Positions 10,481 to 22,200 of a stretch of 48,704 bases of DNA are shown here, piece after piece. Both the position numbers and the translations under genes were made by a program. Location: assembly GCA_964617785.1 (NCBI GenBank), contig CAZTYY010000002.1:1-48704 (forward strand), in the 5' to 3' direction. The notes beneath the pieces were generated by a model. The model was not told where the DNA came from. It made no database searches and saw only the letters and a list, made by a program, of their open reading frames with translations. Source of the DNA: an uncultured Desulfobacterales bacterium. GTDB lineage: Bacteria; Desulfobacterota; Desulfobacteria; Desulfobacterales; SURF-7. Positions within the stretch are counted from its first letter, which is position 1; every line of letters begins with the position of its first letter.

Positions 10481-13400
10481 TCACAAGTACAAACAAAGCG
10501 TGCGTTTATTTGTCAATATCGGCTTAAAAATATCTATTGCTGTTTTTTCAAATTCTTTATTAAGAGGCTCCTTTCCTCTAAAGCAAAGTTCATAATATGA
10601 ATTCACTGACTCTCCGGGACTAAAATTGCTTCCTTCCCATTTTTTTCTCGCTGCCCTTAGTGCGTCTTCCGTTGTTTTATTCTTTTTATCAATCTGTTTC
10701 GCATAGGAAAGCGAAGTCTCCGGGAAAAAGTGCATGGGCGTCGCTAATCCTTGCCAATAATGTTCAAGAAGCTGTACCAAAAGATCGCAACTGTCTTCAA
10801 CTAAAGGAAACTCCATGACAGTCGTTTCTCTTTTATCATTTTTTCCTACAAAAACTGAAGTGTCAGGATATTTATTTTTATCCGTGCAGTTCAAAGCGAT
10901 ATGGCTATTCAAAGCAAGATGATATATCCAGGCGCCTAACAGATCTTTTGCTTTTATTACCGCATTTCTATACATGACAATCCGGTCTGAATAAACCCTG
11001 TCAACCTTCCCTGTCAGATGGAAGCCGGATATGTTAAGGTCTACCAAAACAGGATCAAGCAATTCCCCTTGTGAAAAGGACAAAACTTTTTCTGCAAAAT
11101 CTTGAGCATCTTTGCACATTTTGGTAAAAACGATTTCACCGGCATTGCCATGTGGAAGTCGCCCCGCCGCCTTGAAAGCGCCCATCAGGTCTCTATGATC
11201 TCGTTCATTATCGAGTGCCGCCCCTACCAGTTCCTGTTCAAGAAGATGTCTGTCAAGAGGGCCTATTCTGAACACTTCCTTTTCCTCCATTGCTGCAATT
11301 GGTTTTTCAAAATAGATTCCAATGCGGGTTTTGACAAAAATTTCTGAAGGATTTGAATAAAAACGAACCAACTCGTCGAGATCAATTGTTTTGAGGGTAT
11401 CAGCTGGTTTCACAGGGCATGATGTGATAAAAGGTTCAATGACACCTGTGTCTTTCAGCATATCCTCTGAAACCATGCAGTTTTCTTCCGAATAACTGAA
11501 AAGCTCTTTGGTTTGATTAAAGTAATCAGGATTAAACGCCTGAAGCCGGTGTGTTGTGACCACGTGCCTTTTCATGGTGATGCCGTCAACTTCAAAGTTG
11601 TCATCGACATATTCCAGAAGCCCGCTGATTGGCACAGCAGGAAGAATCGGAGTGTTATCTATCCGGCTCTGCCCCACGTAACTGATATACAAAATCTGTC
11701 TTGCTGATAAAATTGATTCCAGAAAAAGGTACTGGTCATCATTCCTGCGGGACCGGTCTCCCTTTCTGGGAGTTTTTGCAATCAAATCGAATCCAGGTGA
11801 CCTTGTCTGCCGTGGATATGCATCGCTGTTCATACCGATAAGACAGATGACTTTAAACGGGATACTCCTCATGGGAACCATGGCACAAAAAGTCACTCCC
11901 CCTTCAAGGAAACCAAAACCAAATCCCTGCTTTTCAAAGAGACCGGTCAGGTGCTGTCGGATAACATCCAATCCAATAGCCTCATCAAACCCGGCTGCTT
12001 CTGTTACTTCTTTTAGTCCCTCGGCAGCTCTTCTCACAGCCTGGAAATCTCTTTGCGTATCATTATCAGGCACAAAGAAGTCATCAAGGATCATTTGAAG
12101 AATGCCGGACCATTCCGCCGGGGTCCTCGAAATTTCAAGCGTTGAAATTGTCTTAAATAATTTTTGAGCAAAATTCACAAACCGGCCCATTACAATGGCT
12201 TTCTCCCCTTCCACCCCATCATAGGGAAGTATGCCATGAAACACTTTTTCCTGATTTGGGCTCATAGCATAACCCAGGATAAGCTGTTTCAGTCCGGCAC
12301 TCCACGTATTTTCCTCGAATTCCGGCAGATCCATTTTTCTGCGGTGTCCGGCATCTATTCCCCACCTTATTCCGGTATCACTTACCCATTTTCCGATCAG
12401 CCTGAGATCGTTTTTACTGAAACCAAACTTCTCCCTTACAGGAACCGCTTCAAGAAAAGATAACACCTTTGACACACCGAATCTCGATCCGCATAAGCCG
12501 AGAAGTAGATTAAACGCCCTGATAATACTGCTTTCATTTAGAACTGTCCGGTCGGCAATACTGTATGGGATACTCTTGCCTTCATTCACAGGCACATCGA
12601 AAACTGCCTGAATATATGGCGCGTAGGTTTCAATATCCGGAGTCATGACCAGAATATCGCCAGGCCTTAATGAAGGATCCTCATCAAACATGTTAAGCAG
12701 GTTGTCATAAAGCGTTTCAACCTCCCTCACCGGGCTATGGCATGAATTGACCATCACGGAGTGATCAGTCTTATGAATAATCTTCTTCCCTTCTTTGCCC
12801 GAACGATGAACAAGGTTTAAAATGTCTGACTGAATGCAGGAAAGCAGGCTTTTCTCTCCGGGTTCCTCAAAATATTCTTCTACCTCACAGTCAATTTCCT
12901 GAATCAGATCAAAGAAATCACGACCGAGGATCCCGAGGTCGGACAGTATCCTGTTTCCCTGTTCCAAATACAGCAGGCTGCGTGATACACCCTGTGTACC
13001 GGTTTTACCGTAAGCTTTTTTTACTTCTCTATCAGATAGAATATCTCCCCAGAATTCCCGGCAGGGATTGATCAGGAACAGATTTACTTCTGAAATTCGG
13101 GATATCGCTTCAAGAACATTCATATGAAACTGAGGAAGAGCGGATATGCCGAACACCGTAATTCTTTCCGGAAATTCTATCCGGTCCGGTATCCCGGCAT
13201 TGAGGTTTTCAAGAAATATTTTTAAAAGAGCTGCCCGGTGAGGTGTCTTGTTCTCACTGATAAGCTTACGCCACAGAACGGACTGCCAGACATCTTCTTC
13301 TCCGTCTTCCCATTTAAAAATCATCTCGGGTCTGAATAAAAGATACTGGTCAAAGATGTCTGCAATTTTTGCTGCGAGCTGATATGTTTTTCGGTCCGAC

Positions 13401-13759
13401 CGGCTGCTTCCCAGGTAATACCGTATTTCTTCAAATGCCGCCTCTTCAATACAAATCGGAAGCAGCTTCATGATCTGCCAGGTCATAACATCGGGGTTAA
13501 AACCAGGCCTGTCAACTTCCAGGGACACGACCCTGTTCATCATCTCATAAATAAAAGTGTTTGGATAAAGAAACCGGTTGTTTGCACTTACACCTATATA
13601 TCGTGCAATTTCCATGGATATCCAGCGTTCCATGCCGCTACTCTGAACAACAAAAATCTCCGGCTCTAGAGGTGACGTTAAAGGTGTTTTCAGAATACCT
13701 GCAAGAACCTCGGACAGTGCCTCGAGTCTGTTTCCCGTAAAGAGCCTGAAACGTGACAT
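10481..13759 (-). CDS. recC: Exodeoxyribonuclease V gamma subunit (RecC)
   Basis: The N-terminus MSRFRLFTGNRLEAL...EPEIFVVQSSGMERW aligns by eye with the E. coli RecC N-terminus (YHSNRLDVL...EPEMILVQSTGMAQW). About 1090 aa, positioned upstream of recB-recD. GAGGAG RBS before this ATG; the track ORF extends to 13801. Confidence 0.88.
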   Translation of the reverse strand: MSRFRLFTGNRLEALSEVLAGILKTPLTSPLEPEIFVVQSSGMERWISMEIARYIGVSANNRFLYPNTFIYEMMNRVVSLEVDRPGFNPDVMTWQIMKLLPICIEEAAFEEIRYYLGSSRSDRKTYQLAAKIADIFDQYLLFRPEMIFKWEDGEEDVWQSVLWRKLISENKTPHRAALLKIFLENLNAGIPDRIEFPERITVFGISALPQFHMNVLEAISRISEVNLFLINPCREFWGDILSDREVKKAYGKTGTQGVSRSLLYLEQGNRILSDLGILGRDFFDLIQEIDCEVEEYFEEPGEKSLLSCIQSDILNLVHRSGKEGKKIIHKTDHSVMVNSCHSPVREVETLYDNLLNMFDEDPSLRPGDILVMTPDIETYAPYIQAVFDVPVNEGKSIPYSIADRTVLNESSIIRAFNLLLGLCGSRFGVSKVLSFLEAVPVREKFGFSKNDLRLIGKWVSDTGIRWGIDAGHRRKMDLPEFEENTWSAGLKQLILGYAMSPNQEKVFHGILPYDGVEGEKAIVMGRFVNFAQKLFKTISTLEISRTPAEWSGILQMILDDFFVPDNDTQRDFQAVRRAAEGLKEVTEAAGFDEAIGLDVIRQHLTGLFEKQGFGFGFLEGGVTFCAMVPMRSIPFKVICLIGMNSDAYPRQTRSPGFDLIAKTPRKGDRSRRNDDQYLFLESILSARQILYISYVGQSRIDNTPILPAVPISGLLEYVDDNFEVDGITMKRHVVTTHRLQAFNPDYFNQTKELFSYSEENCMVSEDMLKDTGVIEPFITSCPVKPADTLKTIDLDELVRFYSNPSEIFVKTRIGIYFEKPIAAMEEKEVFRIGPLDRHLLEQELVGAALDNERDHRDLMGAFKAAGRLPHGNAGEIVFTKMCKDAQDFAEKVLSFSQGELLDPVLVDLNISGFHLTGKVDRVYSDRIVMYRNAVIKAKDLLGAWIYHLALNSHIALNCTDKNKYPDTSVFVGKNDKRETTVMEFPLVEDSCDLLVQLLEHYWQGLATPMHFFPETSLSYAKQIDKKNKTTEDALRAARKKWEGSNFSPGESVNSYYELCFRGKEPLNKEFEKTAIDIFKPILTNKRTLCLYL

Positions 13760-13769
13760 TTTCTCCTCT

Positions 13770-15035
13770 TTAGCAAGGCATGGCGCATATCTTAAAAACA
13801 AGTCGCTCCAGCACTACCTTAGCATCCTGGCCTGTTGTTTTCAGCAGTATGTCTGCATCACCCAGGTTTTTCATGGCATCAATAAGTTCCTGCATTGAAA
13901 AATTTCCGGCTGAAAGAAATGTCTGAAAGACAGGATAAGGGTTGTTTGGATTCTTTGCCATGACAAGATCTGTCTTCACCCCTTTTTTTCCAGATGTTTC
14001 TGTTGTATCATCCTCTCCTGCCGTCATATTTTCCTGTTCTTCGATGTTCTGTTTAAGTGTACTGTCAGATGAAATAATGGCAGGCATAATGTTGGTTTTA
14101 AAAAAATCGTACGAAATTCCGGCTTGACCGGCTTCACCATAAGCATTTTCCGTAAAATCTCTGATCAGGAGAAGTTTTCTTATATGGTTGACAATTCCCG
14201 ACAGAATCTGAAGCGGGTAAAGACCGTCCTCCAAAAGTGACTTAATAAGAAAAAGTGCCTGCTCAGCGTTTTTATTTGATATGGCTCCCGTCAGTTCAAA
14301 AATAGGATCTTTTTTCGTTCTCTTCACCAGGGATATCACATCCTTACTTGTAATCATTTCACTGTCACCGACATAGCTGACAAGCTTTTCCAGGCTGTTT
14401 GCAAATGTGGACAAATCAAATCCCGTTGTTTCCATTAAGGTAGCGAAAGCCTTTCTGTCCATGGTCTTGCCGTTTTCTGACACGATCATTTTCATACTTT
14501 CATACAATACAGCCTCCTGGGCTTTTTTATCCGCCATCCGGTTTCCCTGGGGAATTGAGCAGTCGATAATCATGCCGGCTTTCTTCACAGCCTTGTAAAG
14601 CGTCCTCCGTTTATCCACCTTTCCTGTTGTCATGACAAGCAGGTTTTGATCCGGGAATCCTTTTTCAATTGCCTCCTGCAAAAGAGCGGCATCTGCTTTA
14701 CCCGAATCCACATCATTTTCTTCCGACACATCAGCATCCGTTGCCTGATGGGCTGTTGAAAACAGCCCATCAATAGCCACTGCGATGACTTTAGTATCTG
14801 AAAGAAATGAATACGTACTAATGCTCTCAACAGCCTTTGCCACGCTATTGTTTTCACCGTCTATCTTTTCATAGTTGAATTCCCTGTCGGATTCAGGGAT
14901 CAGGATGTCAAGGATATCCGATAATACTTTATTGACCAGGAATTCTTCCCCAAAAATGAGATGTGCCTTTGCGGGATCTTCCTTTTTCAGTTTTAATAAA
15001 TAATTTTTAAAGTCTTTGTAATGGATTTCAGACAT
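13770..15035 (-). CDS. holA: DNA polymerase III delta subunit (HolA), long form with acidic insertions
   Basis: 421 aa with a HolA-like pattern: HLIFGEEFLV near the N-terminus, KVDKRRTLYKAVKK, EKLVSYVG...ITSKDV, PIFELTGAI, LQILSGIVNHIRKL. Overlaps the lgt stop by 8 nt. Family call is from pattern recognition only. Confidence 0.6.
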   Translation of the reverse strand: MSEIHYKDFKNYLLKLKKEDPAKAHLIFGEEFLVNKVLSDILDILIPESDREFNYEKIDGENNSVAKAVESISTYSFLSDTKVIAVAIDGLFSTAHQATDADVSEENDVDSGKADAALLQEAIEKGFPDQNLLVMTTGKVDKRRTLYKAVKKAGMIIDCSIPQGNRMADKKAQEAVLYESMKMIVSENGKTMDRKAFATLMETTGFDLSTFANSLEKLVSYVGDSEMITSKDVISLVKRTKKDPIFELTGAISNKNAEQALFLIKSLLEDGLYPLQILSGIVNHIRKLLLIRDFTENAYGEAGQAGISYDFFKTNIMPAIISSDSTLKQNIEEQENMTAGEDDTTETSGKKGVKTDLVMAKNPNNPYPVFQTFLSAGNFSMQELIDAMKNLGDADILLKTTGQDAKVVLERLVFKICAMPC

Positions 15036-15813
15036 TTTTTTCAGATGCCGATGTGGCCCTTCTTGAAAGAATAATCAGCATGACCACTGCAAGGGATGCC
15101 ATGGACCATCCGATGATCTGAGAAACGGAAAACATCTGAAAGACAACTTCACCGCGGAAATCAGCCCTGAACATCTCGTTTACTGATCGGATGATGCCGT
15201 AAAGCATAACATAGATCCAGAACAACTGGCCGTCGAATTTCATTCGACGTCTGATGAAAATCAGTATAAGAAAAATGACCAGGTTGCTTCCCGCAGCATA
15301 CAACTGGGTAGGATGAAGCGCAACGCCAATTGGCCTTGCCAAAGTCTGGGGATGGATAAAGGTAACCGCCCATGGAAGATCACAAACTTTTCCATAGCAG
15401 CATCCTGCAAAAAAACATCCGAGCCGTCCAAAGACATGGAGGATGGCGCCACTAGGCGCGACAATATCAGCGGTTTTCCATAATGGCAATTTGGTTTTTA
15501 TTATGTATATACCACCGGCTAAAAAACCACCGATAAAGGCCCCATAAAAAACGAGCCCGCCGTTCCATATACGGAATACCTCAAAAAAATCATCGGCAAA
15601 TATCTCCGGAGTCGTGATTATATAAAAAACTCTTGAACCGATCACGCCCGAGATGACCAAATAGAAACAAAGATCTGTTAATTTGTCAGGGTCCAGGCCG
15701 ACCCTTTTCCCTTCCTTTCTTGCAATTAAAAGACAGATCATAATGCCCATTGCAATTAAAAAACCATACGTATAAATAGTAAAACTGCCGATTTTCAATA
15801 GTATTGGATGCAT
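15028..15813 (-). CDS. lgt: Prolipoprotein diacylglyceryl transferase
   Basis: 261-aa membrane ORF with Lgt hallmarks: IYTYGFLIAMG, IWNGGLVFYGAFIGG, GRLGCFFAGCCYGK, HPTQLY. Confidence 0.9.
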   Translation of the reverse strand: MHPILLKIGSFTIYTYGFLIAMGIMICLLIARKEGKRVGLDPDKLTDLCFYLVISGVIGSRVFYIITTPEIFADDFFEVFRIWNGGLVFYGAFIGGFLAGGIYIIKTKLPLWKTADIVAPSGAILHVFGRLGCFFAGCCYGKVCDLPWAVTFIHPQTLARPIGVALHPTQLYAAGSNLVIFLILIFIRRRMKFDGQLFWIYVMLYGIIRSVNEMFRADFRGEVVFQMFSVSQIIGWSMASLAVVMLIILSRRATSASEKNV

Positions 15814-15816
15814 GTC

Positions 15817-16311
15817 TTAATTCTCTAAAGGCATTTTTTTAAAAATCAGGTGAAACAAAAAAATTGCCATGCCGATGGATATGGCGCTGTCGGCAATATT
15901 AAACGCCGGCCAGTGAATGTCCTTGATGTAAAAATCGAGAAAATCGACCACTGTGCCAAGTCGAATCCGGTCGATCATATTACCGATAGCGCCGCCGAAA
16001 ATCAGCGCAAATCCTGAGGCAAGGATTGGATGCGTTTTGGGAGTATTTTTATAAAAATAAAAAATAAATCCCATGGCTATGGTAGACACAACCAGAAACA
16101 AGATCGTACGTACCAAGAGGCTCTGGCCGGACATGAACCCGAACGCCCCACCCGGGTTGTAAATATGTGTAATATTGAAAACCCCCGGAATAACAACTAT
16201 CGAACTATACGGTGTGATCAGCTTTACGATAATCACCTTGGACACCTGATCAAATAAAACAATCAAAAACGAAACAACAATTAGAATTTTATACTTTCCC
16301 ATATTGATCAT
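15817..16311 (-). CDS. lspA: Lipoprotein signal peptidase (signal peptidase II)
   Basis: 164 aa, four TM segments. Motifs NPGGAFG, GGAIGNMIDR, FNIADSAISIG. Classical position downstream of ileS. Confidence 0.9.
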   Translation of the reverse strand: MINMGKYKILIVVSFLIVLFDQVSKVIIVKLITPYSSIVVIPGVFNITHIYNPGGAFGFMSGQSLLVRTILFLVVSTIAMGFIFYFYKNTPKTHPILASGFALIFGGAIGNMIDRIRLGTVVDFLDFYIKDIHWPAFNIADSAISIGMAIFLFHLIFKKMPLEN

Positions 16312-16344
16312 TAATCTGTTAAAACCATTTATATCATCCGTTTT

Positions 16345-19146
16345 TTATCCGATTTCAACAAGGGCGGTTCTACACCGCTCACATACTGTCGGCTTTTCAG
16401 CATCTTCGCCAACCGTCTGGTCATATATCCAGCACCGCTCACATTTTTCACCCGGTGCACTACCCACTAGGATTGACAGCCCTTCTATTTCTTCACTTTT
16501 ATAGTGTTCGCCTGTGTCAGGCAATTCATCTTTCAGCAGTGTTTTTGAAACAATAAAAATATGTCTCAATTCCTGTTCATATCCGCTGAGAAACGACAAA
16601 AGATCTTTGTCGGCACTGATAATCACTTCTGCGTCAAGCGGATGGCCGATGAGTTTCTTTGCCCTTGCAAGCTCCAGTGCCTTTGTCACTTCTCCACGGA
16701 TTTTGATGAGCTTTTCCCATTTTTCAGCAAGCGCATTGTCTTGCCATGCAGCGCCCGGTTCGACAAAACTCGCAAGATGGATACTCTCTTCCTTTGATTC
16801 TGCTGTTGGCATAAATTTCCATATTTCCTCTGAAGTAAAAGGAAGTATGGGCGCCATAATTCTGGCCACAGAGTCCAGAAGAATATGCATGACAGTCTGT
16901 GCGCTTCTTCGAGCTTGTGATGCCGGTGGCGATGTGTACAGCCTGTCTTTCAGTATGTCGAGATAAAACGAGGAAAGATCTACGGTGCAGTAGTTATAAA
17001 GCGAATGATATATGGTATGGAACTCATACCTGTCATAAGCGCCTTTTATCTTTTCTATCAACTCGCAGAGTTTGTGCAAAGCGAACCTGTCGATTTCGCT
17101 CATGGATTCCAGGGCAACCGAATCCTTGCCCGGATCAAAATCACTGATGTTTCCGAGCATGAACCGGCAGGTATTTCGGATTCTCCGGTATGTGTCGCTC
17201 AACTGCTTTAATATACTGTCCGAAATCCGAATGTCATCCCTGTAATCAGAAGCGGAAACCCATAGCCGTAAAATTTCTGCGCCAAACTGCTTGATCACCT
17301 TTTCAGGGGCAATCACGTTACCGACTGATTTAGACATTTTTTTCCCGTGAGCGTCCACCACAAATCCATGCGTCAATACAGCCTTATACGGCGCCTTATC
17401 CCTTGTTCCTACAGAATGAAGCAATGTGCTGTGAAACCATCCCCGATGCTGGTCACTTCCTTCAAGATAAAGATCGGCCGGCCATTCAAGATAATCACGC
17501 GCTTCCAATACTCCGGCATGGCTTACACCCGAATCAAACCATACGTCTAAAATATCATCCTCTTTGACCAGGTTTTTTGATCCGCATTTCCGACATTCAG
17601 TCCCATTGGGCAGAAAATCTTCAATTCCCTTTTCAAACCAGACGTCGGCTCCGTGTTCATCGAACATGGAGAAAATCTTTTCATCAACTTCCGGGTCTGA
17701 AACAACGGTTTGGCAATCTTCGCAATAAAAAACCGTAATCGGAACTCCCCAGGACCGCTGTCTTGACACACACCAGTCCGGCCTGTTCTCAATCATGCTG
17801 AAAATTCTATCCCTTCCCCATGACGGAATCCACTGTACTTTATCAATTTCAGCCAAAGACTTTTGTCTAAGGCCGGTATTGTCCATGGAGATAAACCACT
17901 GGGGTGTGGCCCGGAAAATAACCGGTTTTTTGCATCTCCAACAGTGGGGATACGAATGCGTGATCGTTTCCTCGGCAACCAGTGTATTGGTTTCCTTCAG
18001 TTTTTCGGTGATTTCCGAATTGGCCTTAAATACAAACGTGTTGCCAAAAAATTCCACGTCATCAGAAAAACATCCGTTATCCTCAACCGGTGAATATGCG
18101 TCCAATTCGTATTCAAGCCCTATTTCGAAATCCTCCCTTCCATGGCCGGGAGCAGTATGAACGCAGCCGGTACCGGCCTCAAGGGTTACATGTCGACCGA
18201 GTATGATAAGAGATTCCCGGTCATACAAGGGATGACGACATTTTTTTCTTTCGAGAGATCCGGCCTCAATATCCGCAAGAACCGAGTATTCTTCTTTTCC
18301 AAACGTTTTCATGCAGCCTTCCACAAGATCCTTTGCAACAATCACAACTTCGTCATTTCCGATATCAACAGCAGCATAGATAAAGTCAGGGTGAAGCGCC
18401 ACGGCGAGGTTGGCGGGCAGGGTCCACGGCGTGGTTGTCCATATCACCAAGAAAACCGATTTCCCTGAAAGTGCAGGGATATCGTCACCAAGGTTATCAA
18501 CCATCGGAAACCGGACGGAAATAGATGGTGACGACTCATCATGGTATTCGATTTCAGCCTCGGCAAGCGCGGTCTGGCAGCTGCAACACCAGTATATAGG
18601 CTTTTTACTTCTGAACAAAGCTCCGTTTTCAGCAAATTTCCTGCATTCTTTTGCAATGATTGCCTCATAGCGGTTTGTCATGGTCAGGTAAGGGTTGTCC
18701 CATTCACCTGACACGCCGAGACGCTTGAACTCTTCCCTCTGGATGTCGATAAATTTTTCAGCATATGTCCGGCATTCCTGCCTGACCTGTACCAGTGTCA
18801 TATCCTTCTTTTTCGAACCCAGCTTTTTATCTACGTTATGCTCAATCGGAAGACCGTGGCAGTCCCATCCCGGCACATATGGCGCGTCAAAACCAGCCAT
18901 TTGTCGGGACCTGATGATAATATCCTTTAATATTTTATTCAGGGCAGTGCCGATATGGATATGCCCGTTTGCATACGGTGGTCCGTCATGCAGAATAAAC
19001 CGCTTCCGGCTTTTTGATGCAGCCCTGATCTTCTCATACAGGTTGGCTTTATCCCATTCCTTAAGTTGCTCCGGTTCACGGTTGGCAAGGTTTGCTTTCA
19101 TGGGAAAGCCGGTATTCGGAAGGTTAAGTGTTTTTTTGTAATCCAT
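16345..19146 (-). CDS. ileS: Isoleucine--tRNA ligase
   Basis: 933 aa. HIGH motif [17 protein letters not shown] motif [11 protein letters not shown]1 editing region, C-terminal Zn-finger cysteines (CERCW...CERC). GGAG RBS upstream. Confidence 0.97.
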   Translation of the reverse strand: MDYKKTLNLPNTGFPMKANLANREPEQLKEWDKANLYEKIRAASKSRKRFILHDGPPYANGHIHIGTALNKILKDIIIRSRQMAGFDAPYVPGWDCHGLPIEHNVDKKLGSKKKDMTLVQVRQECRTYAEKFIDIQREEFKRLGVSGEWDNPYLTMTNRYEAIIAKECRKFAENGALFRSKKPIYWCCSCQTALAEAEIEYHDESSPSISVRFPMVDNLGDDIPALSGKSVFLVIWTTTPWTLPANLAVALHPDFIYAAVDIGNDEVVIVAKDLVEGCMKTFGKEEYSVLADIEAGSLERKKCRHPLYDRESLIILGRHVTLEAGTGCVHTAPGHGREDFEIGLEYELDAYSPVEDNGCFSDDVEFFGNTFVFKANSEITEKLKETNTLVAEETITHSYPHCWRCKKPVIFRATPQWFISMDNTGLRQKSLAEIDKVQWIPSWGRDRIFSMIENRPDWCVSRQRSWGVPITVFYCEDCQTVVSDPEVDEKIFSMFDEHGADVWFEKGIEDFLPNGTECRKCGSKNLVKEDDILDVWFDSGVSHAGVLEARDYLEWPADLYLEGSDQHRGWFHSTLLHSVGTRDKAPYKAVLTHGFVVDAHGKKMSKSVGNVIAPEKVIKQFGAEILRLWVSASDYRDDIRISDSILKQLSDTYRRIRNTCRFMLGNISDFDPGKDSVALESMSEIDRFALHKLCELIEKIKGAYDRYEFHTIYHSLYNYCTVDLSSFYLDILKDRLYTSPPASQARRSAQTVMHILLDSVARIMAPILPFTSEEIWKFMPTAESKEESIHLASFVEPGAAWQDNALAEKWEKLIKIRGEVTKALELARAKKLIGHPLDAEVIISADKDLLSFLSGYEQELRHIFIVSKTLLKDELPDTGEHYKSEEIEGLSILVGSAPGEKCERCWIYDQTVGEDAEKPTVCERCRTALVEIG

Positions 19147-19190
19147 TTTTGCTCCGTTGATTATGCTTATTAACCATTAAAAATCTACGG

Positions 19191-19220
19191 ATTTTAAGTC
19201 AGGGAAGGTACGTGTGTCAA
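19191..19220 (-). promoter_or_regulatory. Candidate sigma70 promoter for ileS
   Basis: On the minus strand, TTGACA (19220-19215), an 18-nt spacer, then TAAAAT (19196-19191), about 45 nt upstream of the ileS ATG. Sequence match only. Confidence 0.4.
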
Positions 19221-19282
19221 GGATTAAAACAGAACTTTGTGAATACAGCATGTTGACTTGCTTCGATCAGGCAGAATGCTTA

Positions 19283-22200
19283 TTAGCCTTGCTTCATCCT
19301 GTGATGCAATCTTTCAGCCCTTAAGCAAAAGGCTTCAAGCTTAGCATGAATCAATTGTGGGAATGGAGATCCGTCACTTTCAATTGCCAGAAAAGGAAGT
19401 TCTTCAACATCTTCAAGAATAGACTTAAGTCGCTTGTCTTTCGGAGCAGTGGCAAGTTTGTCTTCCCTGTTCATGGTATCGTTCAATATCGCCTCGGACA
19501 TACGATTTGGCATGCAGCCAAAAGGTCCTATTGCAATAACACCGCATGCATGGTTTGCGATTTCGGTAATGGCGCTTCCAATGGTAAGGACTGCTTCACC
19601 CGCCAATTTGGGTGATATATAAGTCTTGGCATTATCAATCATGGTATCAATATCCACTAACTCGGCTTGAACAAGGCCTGATTTCCTCAGTAATGCCTTC
19701 AAATGTTTTTCATGTTTTGCCATGATTTTCTTTCTCAACATGAAACCCAATTTTTCCATGATCGTCATGGACATATAAACCATCTTTTTATCAACCAGGT
19801 AGTCCGAATAGATCAGCCATTCGGCAATCGGTGCACAGGTTACAGCAAAACCTCTTTTTGCGAGAAGCTCGGTCAAATACCTACGGGAAAGTCCGTCACG
19901 CCTCACAAATATTTCTCCTGCAAGATAGATCACCGGCACATCTTCAAGCGACAGCTTCATGGGAATCCCCCCGAGAATCCGGCTTGTTTCTTTAAGCCTC
20001 TTTTTCAGTCCCGCAAAATCTTCTGTTTCAAGGGTTTCCATTATCTTGGCCCATTCTTTTTCAAATATGCCTGTCCCTTTGTTAACATCCACGGCATTTG
20101 CGAGAATCATGGACCGGATGTCCTCCATTACGTCGGCCACAACAACCGCCCACCAGGTTTTAATATGCAAATCACCTCCAAGACCCGCGTAACTGTTTTC
20201 AGATGAAAGGGAAAGAAGCGCCACATCCGGAATCTCCAATCTCTTGATCAGATCCTCCATAAAAACAAAATACTGGCCAAACCGGCACGGCCCCGAGCCC
20301 GTGGGCATAAAATAGACGAGTATTTCTCCGTCTTTTTTGTAATTCCGAATATAATTCAGCAAAAATCCGGTGGTCAGCAAAAGCGGCAGGCACTCTTTGC
20401 AGCTCGTGTTGGCCCTGCCGAGCTTAAGAATCGCCTCATCTGCAGGCTGATGAACAATCGCGTTAAGCCCCTGGGATCTGAAAACGCTCCCGATGGCTTC
20501 CGTTGTCAAACGACCCATTGACGGAAAAAGCAATGTGACTTTCGGATCCCTCAGGGGAGCAGTTTTACCGGATGATGTGGTCACCACCGGGACACCGTTT
20601 TCAAGAGAGGTCTCGGCAGCCCTGAATCGGGTTATTTTTTCCGGGGTCTTCTCTATCCCCTCAAGCTGCCTGAATGTAGCCACAATATCAAGATAAGCCT
20701 CTATCCTTGTTTCAAGCCCTGCATCAGCCGTATGGCTGTCAAGTTCAAGGGTCAGGGAGGGCTTTTTGCCCATGATGCTTCTAAAATAGCCGATGAGAAA
20801 TGAATCCGGTCCACAAGAAAAATTGGTTATAAATGTACTGAAAAGCTGGGGGTGTTTTTTTACCAGCCTGGACGCCTTCATAATCTGCTGCCCCGCACCC
20901 CAGTACATGTGTTTTTTATCCCTTTCATCCTCAAGATTGAGAAAGTCGACGGGAATGACCTGGACGCCTCTTGACGCCAGTTTATGAGGAATCCCCATAT
21001 TGGCTTCCCCGACGTACCCGTTGTAAGGTCTGGCAAATATCACCATCGCAGTTCTGTCTGGATCTGATTCCAGTTCAGCCATAACCTTTTTGCCGATATC
21101 CTTCATCTCTCTGAAGCAGGCGTTCTGCGTATCTACTGCTTTTTTAAATGCGTTTACGGCCTTTTTCTTTCCTTCACCCATTTTTGCCGCGGTCTCAACA
21201 AACTGATCTATTGCTGTTTCAAGTCCTGTCCTTAGATCCAGAAGCGGCGCCAGTATTTGTTCGCTCTTTACTTTTAATTTTTCAATCTGTTCTCTGAATG
21301 TGGTCCGCAGATAGAATGTTTCGCCCTGAACAAACGGGCATACTTGTGAGCTTTCATTTCCGTTGCTGCTGGGTATGGATTTAAAATGAGGAAGAAATAT
21401 AAAATCAGGCTTGCCGCCCTTCTCAAGCCCGCCCTTCTCGATCATTGAATAGAAGAACCCGTGGGCCAGTTCTGCAGGATAGCAGAAAGCCGCCGACCGC
21501 CTATCGATCCCTTCCTTGGACGGCTCGTCCGGCAAGATGATTTCATATCCAAGTTCAGTAAAAAAAGTTGAATAAAGCGGATAAAAGGTATTCACCAGAA
21601 AACTTCGGTTGATCCAGACACGACCCTTCGGCGTTACCCCCTCTGACAATGAATCAGCATATTTATCAAAAATAAGCTCCTGCCTGAGCTTTATCAGGTC
21701 AAGTGTTTTAACGTCATAATCAATGTTGTGTCTTAAATTGTAATATCGGTTACAGGCACCGCCAAAAGGATACTTTTTCCCCACCAGCTCAATCATTGCA
21801 ATATTACATTGTCTGTCACATTTTTCTTTTCCGCCGCCGCATATAAATGATTTCCCATAGTTTACATCGCGAGCCGCAAGGGATTTAAGGTCAAACAGTC
21901 CGTCCTCAAGGAGGTTGTTTTCAATTCGTTTTTTTACCTCAAGAGCCACACCAAAGGCACCCATCAGCCCGGGTTCCGGCGGGACAATAATCGGTTTGCC
22001 CACAAGGGAGGCCATGGCCAATGGAATAGCATGGTTATAGCAAACACCGCCCTGCATGAAGATTTTCTCTCCAACCTGCCGGTTGCCTTTGACTCGGTTT
22101 GAATAGTTCATGCAGATGGAATAGACCAGCCCTGCAACAATATCCTCATGCGCCACACCTTCGTGAATCGCATTCTTAATATCCGACGAAATAAATGCAG

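Noticed and set aside
4948-13801. RecBCD block as a candidate novel defence or nuclease system
   Set aside because: All three subunits carry the standard helicase and nuclease motifs in the standard order and sit in a housekeeping operon. This is ordinary recombination-repair machinery.
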